Shown piece after piece: positions 37,808-45,411 of a stretch of 64,000 bases of DNA. The stretch comes from Acidobacteriota bacterium. Lineage in GTDB: Bacteria; Acidobacteriota; Vicinamibacteria; Vicinamibacterales; CAVVIG01. The notes under the pieces are model-generated. The model was given only the letters and a program-made list of their open reading frames with translations. It did not search any database and had not been told where the DNA came from. Each line of letters begins with the position of its first letter. Position 1 is the stretch's first letter. The position numbers were made by a program, and so were the translations under genes. The DNA lies in the NCBI GenBank assembly GCA_003222535.1, contig QHWJ01000345.1, forward strand, positions 1,546 through 65,545, read 5' to 3'.

Positions 37808-38562
37808 GGCTGATCCTCGGGACGGCCCCGGCGCCGGCGCACGTCTTCGACGATGCGGCCGTCGCGGAGCGCGATGGTGCGCTCGCAGCTCCGCGCGACG
37901 TCCATGTCGTGTGTGACGATGACGACGGTCGATCCGAGGCGGCTATGGACGTCGCGGATGAGCGTCAGGATCTCTTCGCCGCTGCGTGTGTCGAGATTCC
38001 CGGTCGGTTCGTCCGCCAGCAGGATCGGCGGGTAGATCGACAAGGCACGCGCGATTGCCACGCGCTGGCGCTCGCCGCCGGAGAGCTCCTCGGGCAGATG
38101 CTGAAGCCGGTGGCCAAGCCGGACGAGATTCAGGAGCTCCCGGGCGCGGTCGTCGACTTTCTTGCGCGGCCAGCCCCGCAGGTGCAGCGGCAGGCCGACG
38201 TTTTCCACACAGGAGAGCGTCGGCAGCAGGTTGAAGAATTGAAAGACGAATCCGATCTTGTCCCGGCGCACTCTCGTCAGCCCATCGTCGGACAGATCGG
38301 CGAGCGGCGCGCCGTCGATGCTGACCTGGCCCGAGGTCGGCCGATCGAGACCACCGATCAGATTGAGGAGCGTCGATTTGCCGGAACCCGAGGGCCCGAT
38401 GATGGAGACGATCTCGCCGCGTGGAATGGCGAGGCTGACGAGGTCGAGCGCGACGACGTCGCGCGCGCCGCCGAACTTCTTGGTGACCAGGTGCAACTCG
38501 ACCATCGCCGGCGCAGTACGCGTGTCTGCAGCGGAGGCGGCGGCCCCGGTGGCGGTGGTCAT
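37804..38562 (-). CDS. ABC transporter ATP-binding protein (MacB/LolD type)
   Basis: GPSGSGKSTLLN, LSGGERQRVAIARAL and ILLADEPTGNLD are present. There is a 4-nt overlap with the permease. Confidence 0.95.
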   Translation of the reverse strand: MTTATGAAASAADTRTAPAMVELHLVTKKFGGARDVVALDLVSLAIPRGEIVSIIGPSGSGKSTLLNLIGGLDRPTSGQVSIDGAPLADLSDDGLTRVRRDKIGFVFQFFNLLPTLSCVENVGLPLHLRGWPRKKVDDRARELLNLVRLGHRLQHLPEELSGGERQRVAIARALSIYPPILLADEPTGNLDTRSGEEILTLIRDVHSRLGSTVVIVTHDMDVARSCERTIALRDGRIVEDVRRRRGRPEDQP

Positions 38563-38567
38563 GGCGC

Positions 38568-38597
38568 ATTATGTGAATAGTTTCACAAGATTGTCAA
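38568..38597 (-). promoter_or_regulatory. sigma70-like promoter of the ABC operon: TTGACA -18 nt- CATAAT, 5 nt before the ATG
   Basis: The minus strand reads tTTGACAatcttgtgaaactattcaCATAATgcgccATG. There is no SD between the -10 element and the start codon. Confidence 0.55.
38572..38587. promoter_or_regulatory. perfect TGTGA-N6-TCACA palindrome (CRP/FNR-family consensus)
   Basis: tgtgaatagtttcaca lies in the promoter spacer and overlaps the -10 hexamer. Confidence 0.5.
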
Positions 38598-38652
38598 ATA
38601 TCGTTTGGAATCGCGCTGTTTTGAACGCCCACACGGAGCGCGGCTAGATGCC

Positions 38653-38795
38653 TCAGGTACCGCCGAACCCGATCGTGACCTGATCGTTCTCGACGATCAC
38701 CGGAACGGCGCGGCGCCCCTTGCTGTACCCGAGCATGCGCTCGAGCTCGCGGCTTGCGTGTGTGGTCAGGTGTCCTTGCCGTAGATCGTGACCAT
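38653..38795 (-). pseudogene. glutaredoxin-like small ORF with an in-frame TGA at the first redox-Cys position and a frame change
   Basis: AAGGGAG lies 6 nt upstream of the ATG at 38795. The ORF reads MVTIYGKDT-TGA-PHTQA, and one frame back it continues RELERMLGYSKGRRAVPVIVENDQVTIGFGGT-stop at 38653. Confidence 0.45.
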
Positions 38796-38890
38796 GTTCA
38801 CTCCCTTCAACAATGCAACGCGGCTGCGAGCAATAGAGGGCGCCGCGCATCAGCGGCTCGTTCGCGACGTTCAGCCGAGGCGAGCCCCTC

Positions 38891-39000
38891 CGCTGAGGCG
38901 CGATGAACGTTTCTTACGGTAGACAGTCCCTTTCGTGCTTTTCGTGCTTTCGTGCATTTCGTGCTTTTCGCGGTGTGGTTTTAGGATACTCGCCTCAGCG
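38891..39000. repeat. (TTTCGTGC)n array flanked by a 10-bp inverted repeat
   Basis: tttcgtgcttttcgtgctttcgtgcatttcgtgcttttcg occupies 38931-38970. The flanks cgctgaggcg (38891-38900) and cgcctcagcg (38991-39000) are inverted. Confidence 0.75.
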
Positions 39001-39092
39001 CGTGTCATGCCCGACACCCCGGGCGAGGCCCGCGTCTTCCCGGGAGTCGGCATGGCAAGCGCGGCAGCCTCATCGTAGAATACCCGACCACC

Positions 39093-40703
39093 GTGGCCCT
39101 GCCCACAACGACCACCGAAACGTTCACGGCGGAAGAAATGCGCGCGCTGGCGCCGTACTTCACGAACACGGATCGGCCCGTCTTCGCGCTGACGAACCTG
39201 CCGGAAACGGTGAAGGGCGCGCTCTTCGCCCGCTACTCACGATCGGCGAAGTCGGTGCGCCGGCTGTTCCTCGACGAGTTCATCGGCAAGGTTGGCGCGA
39301 ACGCGGCTGGACAGGCGAGCACGGCCGGCACGGAACGCGCCGACAAGCTGTATGCGCGCGTGCTCGGCGACTACGGAGACGACTCGGTCGCGCAGCTCGG
39401 CGGCGCCCACATCGCGTGCGAAGGCGTGTCGAACGTGCTGACGAAAGTGCTCGAGTGGGGCCGCCTGATGGCGTATCTCGAGCAGTCGACGCGGTATGTG
39501 CCGTACACCGATCGGCGGAACGGCCGCTGGAACTATCACGTGCCGGCGGAGATCGAGCGTTCACCTCTTCACGAGGCCTTCCTCCGCACGCTCGATCACG
39601 CGTTCGACACCTACGCGCGGTGGATTCCCTTGATGGAAGCGCACTTCCGCGCGAAGTACCCGAAGTCGCCGGAGGATTCCGACGCTGTCTACAAGTCGGT
39701 GATCCGCGCCAAGGCGCTCGACACGCTGCGCGGACTGCTGCCGGCGGCGACCTTGTCGAACGTGGGGCTGTTCGGCACGGGCCAGGCGTTCGAGGCGCTG
39801 CTCCTTCGCATGTTCGCGCACCGGCTCGAGGAGGTCCGCGGCTGCGCACAGCTGATGCTGACCGAGCTCCGTCAGGTGATTCCGGCGTTCCTCGCGAGGC
39901 TCGATCAGCCGGATCGCGGCGGCCGCTGGACCGACTACATCGCGGATACGCGCCGCGCCTTCGAAGCCCTCACCCAACCGCTCCTGAGCGACACGATCGC
40001 CGAGCCGCGGGGCGAGGTGACGCTCACCGACTTCGATCCGGAGGGCGAGACGAAGGTTGTCGCCGCGGCCCTGTATCCGGCGTCGGCGCTTCCAGACGAT
40101 CAGCTGCTCGCGCTCGCGCGCCGCCTGAGCGCCGACGATCGGACCGCCATCCTCCGCGCCTATGTCGGCGGCCGCGCGAACCGCCGCCACAAGCCCGGCC
40201 GCGCCTTCGAGCGCACCAGCTATCGCTTCGACGTGCTCGCCGATTACGGCGCGTTCCGTGATCTGCAGCGCCACCGGCTGCTGACGATCGAGTGGCAGCC
40301 GCTCAGCGCGCGGCATGGATACACGGAGCCGGAGGCGATCGAGGAGGCCGGCGCGGTCGCGGACTGGCGGGCGGTGATGGGTCAGTCAGCGGATCTCTAC
40401 GAGCGCTTGTGCGCGAACGGCCTCCGCGACATCGCGCCGTACGCCGTCGTGATGGCGTATCGCGTGCGGTTCTACATGGACATGAACGCGCGGGAAGCGA
40501 TGCACGTCATCGAGCTCCGCACGTCCCCGCAGGGCCATCCGTCGTACCGGCGGGTCTGTCAGCTGATGCACCGCGCGATCGCCGACGAGGCCGGGCATCG
40601 CGCGATTGCCGACGCCATGCAGTTCGTGGATCACTCGGAGGTGGAGCTCGAACGCCTGCACTCGGAACGCCAGATGGAGAAAAAGCGTCGGGCGACCGGC
40701 TGA
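39093..40703 (+). CDS. ThyX (Thy1) superfamily protein, long tandem-domain form
   Basis: KGALFARYSRS lies near the N-terminus and AFRDLQRHRLLT (RHR motif) in the C-terminal half. At 536 aa it is about twice the length of canonical ThyX. GTG start. Confidence 0.7.
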   Translation: MALPTTTTETFTAEEMRALAPYFTNTDRPVFALTNLPETVKGALFARYSRSAKSVRRLFLDEFIGKVGANAAGQASTAGTERADKLYARVLGDYGDDSVAQLGGAHIACEGVSNVLTKVLEWGRLMAYLEQSTRYVPYTDRRNGRWNYHVPAEIERSPLHEAFLRTLDHAFDTYARWIPLMEAHFRAKYPKSPEDSDAVYKSVIRAKALDTLRGLLPAATLSNVGLFGTGQAFEALLLRMFAHRLEEVRGCAQLMLTELRQVIPAFLARLDQPDRGGRWTDYIADTRRAFEALTQPLLSDTIAEPRGEVTLTDFDPEGETKVVAAALYPASALPDDQLLALARRLSADDRTAILRAYVGGRANRRHKPGRAFERTSYRFDVLADYGAFRDLQRHRLLTIEWQPLSARHGYTEPEAIEEAGAVADWRAVMGQSADLYERLCANGLRDIAPYAVVMAYRVRFYMDMNAREAMHVIELRTSPQGHPSYRRVCQLMHRAIADEAGHRAIADAMQFVDHSEVELERLHSERQMEKKRRATG

Positions 40704-40713
40704 GTATCCAGAG

Positions 40714-40893
40714 TCCTCGGTTCTTGGTGCTTTGTGCTTCGTCCGTCCAAGGTCCTTAGTACTCCATTTCACAAGTACGGCGACGTATTTCGTGACGGCG
40801 ATCGGTGCCCTATTTCAGAAACGCTGTACTAAGGACCAAGGCCGGACCACGGACCAGGAACGGACCGGGCACCAAGAACAAAGGACCAAGGAC
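40714..40893. repeat. long hairpin built from GGTCCTT/AAGGACC-like heptamers
   Basis: The left arm ...ggttcttggtgctttgtgcttcgtccgtccaaggtccttagtac pairs with the right arm gtactaaggaccaaggccggaccacggaccaggaacggaccgggcaccaagaacaaaggaccaagg. It lies between convergent genes. Confidence 0.75.
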
Positions 40894-40925
40894 GTCGCGT
40901 TCACATCGAGTTTGTGAGACAGGTT

Positions 40926-41453
40926 TCAGTCCTTGGCCCAATAGCGGGAATACTCGTCGAGGAACGTCAACGACGCGAACGACCGCATCCGATCGAAGAA
41001 CAGCACCCCGTCAAGGTGGTCGGTCTCGTGCTGGATGACGCGGGACGGAAAATCGTGGACGCGCAGCTCGATGCGGTCCCCCTTCCTGTCCAGGGCGCGG
41101 ACCGTGATTTCCCGCGCGCGGGGGACGCGGCCCCGGATGTTGGGGATGCTCAGGCAGCCTTCCCAGTCTTCGAGGACATCGCCGCCGACGATCGTGATTT
41201 CGGGATTGACGATCGCGAGCGGCTCGGCCTCGTTCTCGCCGTTCTCCCCGTTGTCGAGCGACGCGACGAACAGGCGCAGGCCCTCGTGCACCTGCGGCGC
41301 GGCGAGACCCACGCCGCGGTACTCGCTCATCGTATCGATCATGTCGTCGATCAGCTTTTGGATCGCCGCGCTCTTGAGCTCGGTTTTCTCGAGCGGACGC
41401 GCCATAGTGCGCAGCACCGGATGCCCCATGCGCGCGACTTTCAGAATGGACAT
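40926..41453 (-). CDS. def: peptide deformylase
   Basis: GVGLAAPQV, EGCLSIP and HETDHLDG are present. Confidence 0.95.
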   Translation of the reverse strand: MSILKVARMGHPVLRTMARPLEKTELKSAAIQKLIDDMIDTMSEYRGVGLAAPQVHEGLRLFVASLDNGENGENEAEPLAIVNPEITIVGGDVLEDWEGCLSIPNIRGRVPRAREITVRALDRKGDRIELRVHDFPSRVIQHETDHLDGVLFFDRMRSFASLTFLDEYSRYWAKD

Positions 41454-41462
41454 ATCCTTCGA

Positions 41463-41470
41463 ATTATACT
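41463..41470. promoter_or_regulatory. back-to-back -10-like hexamers in the 28-bp def/NUDIX divergent gap
   Basis: The minus strand has TATAAT (41468-41463) 9 nt before the def ATG. The plus strand has TATACT (41465-41470) 11 nt before the NUDIX ATG. Confidence 0.35.
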
Positions 41471-41481
41471 GGCACCTTTAA

Positions 41482-41931
41482 ATGTCCGTTCTGCATCCGC
41501 ACGACGAGTCGCACGCCTATCAGTTCTGTCCGCGGTGCGGCGGTCCGCTCGAGCGGCGGCTGCTCAAGTCCGCCGAACCCGAGCGCCCCGTCTGCACACG
41601 CTGCGGCTTCGTCTTCTACCTCGATCCGAAGATCGCCGTGGGCACGATTATCAACACGACGAATGGCCGGCTGGTGCTCGTGAAACGTGCGATCGAGCCC
41701 GGGTACGGCAAGTGGGTGTTTCCGGGCGGCTACGTCGACCGTGGCGAATTGCTGACCCTGGCCGCGATCCGGGAAGCGCGCGAAGAATGCGGCCTCGACG
41801 TCCGGCTGGAGGGTCTCGTCAACATCTACTCCTACCCCGGCCGCGCACCCGTCATCGTCGTCTACGCGGCGACGGCAATCGGCGGAGCGATGTGCGATCT
41901 GAGCGGCGTGCGGCACCCGATTCCGGTCTAG
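41482..41931 (+). CDS. NUDIX hydrolase with an N-terminal zinc ribbon
   Basis: CPRCGGPL...CTRCGF is present, with the Nudix box GGYVDRGELLTLAAIREAREECGL. Confidence 0.85.
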   Translation: MSVLHPHDESHAYQFCPRCGGPLERRLLKSAEPERPVCTRCGFVFYLDPKIAVGTIINTTNGRLVLVKRAIEPGYGKWVFPGGYVDRGELLTLAAIREAREECGLDVRLEGLVNIYSYPGRAPVIVVYAATAIGGAMCDLSGVRHPIPV

Positions 41932-42058
41932 AGTGGCCTAGCCGCAGGCTGGCCTGTCTTCTGCAGCCATCTCATACAGCTTTCAGTTTCCGTCGAAGAA
42001 TCAACAGTATGCTCTTGCGGACCGCGCAGAGATGTGCGCGCCCGCACAGGTTTGTAAG

Positions 42059-43399
42059 ATGAACAGCCCGCTGTCTCTGATCGGCGCGCTCGCCGCCGCG
42101 GCTGTGGTCACGGTTGGCTGTGGCTTCGAGCATTCACGTAGCGTGCTCGGGCCGAGCTCGACCGACGGCGCCGCGAGCGGCAACACGAACACGCCAACGG
42201 GCCCGTCGCTCGTCGGCGCGTGGACCTCGAACACCCTCGCGACGCTCGCAAGTCCCGGCAGCTGCGGCAACTTCCAGTACCAGATCATGAGTCAGACGAC
42301 GACGGTGATTGCGGGCACCTTCTCGGGCGTCTGCGGCGGGGGCATCACTATCTCCGGTACTGTGACGGGAGTGCTCAGCGGGACGTCGGTGGCGCTGACG
42401 GTCACCGGTACCGCCAGCATCGCTGGCGTTCAGAGCTGCGCCGTTTCGCTGAGCGGGACGGGCACGATCCAGGACAACGGCTACACGCTCGTCGCGCCCT
42501 TCACGGGGACGACGTGCCTGGGCCCGGTGAGCGGGACGGAAGTGTTGCGCCGGCCGCAGCCTGCAGTCCAGGTCACGTTCGATTCGCCAACGCCGGTGTC
42601 GCCGGCGCCGAATGCGTTCATCTCCAGTCTGCGTCCGACGTTTACCGTGGCCAACCCGCCGCGGTCAGGACCCGTCGGCTCGGTCTCCTATCGGATTGAA
42701 GTGGCCAGCGACGAAGCGTTCTCGAGCATATTCGAAACGTGGACTGTCGCCGAGCAGCCGAATCAAACGTCCTTCGATACGCCAAAGGATCTCGCGAACA
42801 GCAAGGTCTATTACTGGCACGTACGCGCCTCTGATCCGACGACGACCGGCCCGTGGTCGCGGACGCTGGCGTTGCAGGTGCAAGATGCACCGGCGCCGAG
42901 CAACTCCGGGCAGGACGCCATCGACCTGCATCAGGCGACAGTGAGCGGCGGCTCGCCGGGCGACGTCGCGAACTGGCCGGTCACCGCACGGCTCTCCGTG
43001 CTCGACTTTCAATCAAGCGGCGTCGCGGTGCAGTTCACGAAGAAGGACGGCCCTGGCCGCTGGCCCGATGTCGTCCCGCCAGGCTGGGACGGCGCGCTCC
43101 AGTACACGCTGTGGATGGTCGTGAACGTCGACGGCCACTGGTATACCGCCGGAGGCGTGGAGTATTGGTACGGGCTCGGACGGAGTGGCGGCCAACCGTC
43201 GCGATTCACCTCAAACTGGTATTACAGCGCGGAGGTCTGGGGGCCGCTTGCGAGGCATCAGCCCTCGCCGGGTGAACAGGTCGGCTTCTTCGTCACGGCG
43301 GGAGACGCGCGGGCGAAGGACGTCCGGGCCGTTACTGAGCGTTCAAACGTCGTGATGGTTCCGTTCCCGAGCGATGGCGGCGCGTATTATCCCTTCTAA
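42059..43399 (+). CDS. lipoprotein of unknown function
   Basis: The lipobox is AAAVVTVGC. The N-terminal domain is Thr/Gly-rich, an Ig-like middle follows (YYWHVRASD), and the ~190-aa C-terminal domain is unassigned. Confidence 0.6.
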   Translation: MNSPLSLIGALAAAAVVTVGCGFEHSRSVLGPSSTDGAASGNTNTPTGPSLVGAWTSNTLATLASPGSCGNFQYQIMSQTTTVIAGTFSGVCGGGITISGTVTGVLSGTSVALTVTGTASIAGVQSCAVSLSGTGTIQDNGYTLVAPFTGTTCLGPVSGTEVLRRPQPAVQVTFDSPTPVSPAPNAFISSLRPTFTVANPPRSGPVGSVSYRIEVASDEAFSSIFETWTVAEQPNQTSFDTPKDLANSKVYYWHVRASDPTTTGPWSRTLALQVQDAPAPSNSGQDAIDLHQATVSGGSPGDVANWPVTARLSVLDFQSSGVAVQFTKKDGPGRWPDVVPPGWDGALQYTLWMVVNVDGHWYTAGGVEYWYGLGRSGGQPSRFTSNWYYSAEVWGPLARHQPSPGEQVGFFVTAGDARAKDVRAVTERSNVVMVPFPSDGGAYYPF

Positions 43400-43520
43400 G
43401 AAGGGCTGAAGAGTCGAGACTCGAGGGCTCGGGGCTGAGGGGAACCTCGGTCCCGGGCTCTTGCTGGTTGCGCTCGAAGTCCTCTGCCGTGAGCCCGGTT
43501 TTTCTCCTATACTGAGGCCC

Positions 43521-45299
43521 ATGAAGTACCTGACCTCTGCCGCCTTCATCATTCTGCTCGCAGCCGTGTTCGGCTCCGACACAGCAGCGAAGGGCAAACA
43601 GGCGCCGGCACGGGAGCCGGACATGTGCACCGTTCCGCCGGGTGCGCAGCCGCTGCTGCCCGCGAGGCTGTTGCCGGGGATGGGCGTCACCAGGAACTTT
43701 CCCGTGACGACGACGTCCGAGGAAGCCCGACAGTTCTTCCTGCAGGGCGTGTCGCAGATTCACTCGTTCTGGTTCCAGGAATCGGAGCGATCCTGCACGC
43801 AGGCGCTGCAGTCCGACCCGAACATGGCGATGGCGTACTGGTGCATCGCGTTGAGCGCCGCCGGCGACTACCGTCCCGCGTTCCAGTTGATGCGTGACCC
43901 GTCGGGCGGGGGTCCGCGTGGCGGCAGCGCACCGGCGGAGCCGGGCGCCGAGGCGGTGGCGCGCTCGACCAGCGGCGCCGCGCTCGACCCGCAGGTTCGC
44001 GCCCGGGAAGCGATCGGCAGGGCGATGGCGCTTCGCGACAACGTCACGCCGCGCGAGCGGCTCTACATCGAAGCGCAGGCGGCTCGCCGGGCTCCCGGCC
44101 CCAAGGATGCCGCCGACGCGGCCTACATCACCGGTCTTCGCAAGCTCGTCGCCGCTTACCCTGGCGATCTCGAAGCGAAGTCGATGCTCGGTCTCGCGAT
44201 CGACAACGGGTTCGAGTCGGTCAGCAAGGCCCCGCGCGCGCACACGATGGAAGCCATCGCGCTCCTCGAAGAGGTGGTCGCAAAGGACGACACGCATTTC
44301 GGCGCGCATCACTACCTGATTCACGCGTACGAAGGCAGCAAGATGCCGGAAAAGGCCTGGCACGCGAACCAGCGCTATGCAGGGCTCGTCACGAACATCC
44401 CACACGCGCTCCACATGCCGGGTCACATTTACGCGCAGAGCGACAAGATCCAGGAAGCGATCTCGGCCTTCTCGGCGGCCGCGGCCAACGAGCAGAAATG
44501 GATCGCGTCCGACACGCTCTATCCGACCGGGCACTACGGCCACAACGTCCACTTCCTGATTCACGCGCTGAACCTGGGCGGCCGCTACGACGATTCGATG
44601 AAATGGGTGCAGGATCTCTTTACCTACAAGGAAAACCCGCGCGAACGCAACGGGAACAACCAGCGCGGCGTCTGGCGGCAGGGCTACTTCGGGCTGATCA
44701 AGAGCGTCGTCCGCTTCGAAAAATGGAATGAGATTCTCGACGGCAAAACGATCCCTGTGTACGACAAACCCGAGCAGCAGGCGTGGCGCCACTGGGCGAT
44801 GGGGCTGGCGTACTCGGCCACGGGACAGCCGGACAAGGCGAAAGCGACCGCCGCCGACATGCGGAAAGATCTGGACGAGGTGACGTCCTCGAAGGAACCG
44901 ATCGGCATCGCCCTGCAGGAGCTCGAAGCGACCATCGCGGCCCGGGGCGGCGATCGCAGGAAGGCGTACGACCTGTACCACAAAGCGGCGGACCGCGAGG
45001 CGGCGATGATGTACACGGAGCCGCCGGCGTATCCGCGACCGGTCGTGGAAGGATGGGCGAACGTCGCGCTGGCGCTCGGTGACCATGCGACCGCCGAGAA
45101 GGAGTACCGCGAAGCGCTCGGCCGCGAGCCGGGCAGCGGTCGCGCGTTCTTCGGGCTCGCCGCAGCGCTCGACGGCCTCGGCAAAACCAGCGACGCACGC
45201 GAGGTGCGCGGCCGCGCGGCCAAGGCCTGGGCCAACGCCGACGCGAACCTGCCGCAGGTGCAGCAGCTCAAGACGTCGACCGCGGCGCCGCAGCAATAA
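43521..45299 (+). CDS. secreted TPR-repeat protein
   Basis: The signal peptide is MKYLTSAAFIILLAAVFG. Repeated helical TPR-like segments follow. Confidence 0.7.
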   Translation: MKYLTSAAFIILLAAVFGSDTAAKGKQAPAREPDMCTVPPGAQPLLPARLLPGMGVTRNFPVTTTSEEARQFFLQGVSQIHSFWFQESERSCTQALQSDPNMAMAYWCIALSAAGDYRPAFQLMRDPSGGGPRGGSAPAEPGAEAVARSTSGAALDPQVRAREAIGRAMALRDNVTPRERLYIEAQAARRAPGPKDAADAAYITGLRKLVAAYPGDLEAKSMLGLAIDNGFESVSKAPRAHTMEAIALLEEVVAKDDTHFGAHHYLIHAYEGSKMPEKAWHANQRYAGLVTNIPHALHMPGHIYAQSDKIQEAISAFSAAAANEQKWIASDTLYPTGHYGHNVHFLIHALNLGGRYDDSMKWVQDLFTYKENPRERNGNNQRGVWRQGYFGLIKSVVRFEKWNEILDGKTIPVYDKPEQQAWRHWAMGLAYSATGQPDKAKATAADMRKDLDEVTSSKEPIGIALQELEATIAARGGDRRKAYDLYHKAADREAAMMYTEPPAYPRPVVEGWANVALALGDHATAEKEYREALGREPGSGRAFFGLAAALDGLGKTSDAREVRGRAAKAWANADANLPQVQQLKTSTAAPQQ

Positions 45300-45308
45300 C
45301 GACGCGTG

Positions 45309-45364
45309 CGTAGGGCACCGCTGACGTAGGGCACCGCTGACGTAGGGCACCGCTTTAGCGGTGC
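45309..45364. repeat. 16-mer tandem repeat x3 ending in a hairpin
   Basis: cgtagggcaccgctga occurs three times (the last copy is diverged). The hairpin is ggcaccgc-ttta-gcggtgcc at 45345-45364. Confidence 0.8.
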
Positions 45365-45411
45365 CTCTCGAACGGCGGGTCTTTCGGGTCCACCCTCTTC
45401 TATTTGTCTTT

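Noticed and set aside
38653-38850. The ORF-track call of a 65-aa protein starting at 38850.
   Set aside because: Its first 30 residues are not glutaredoxin-like and lack an SD. The neighbouring frame has a strong SD plus the canonical beta-1 strand. I kept the locus as a disrupted or Sec-candidate gene instead.
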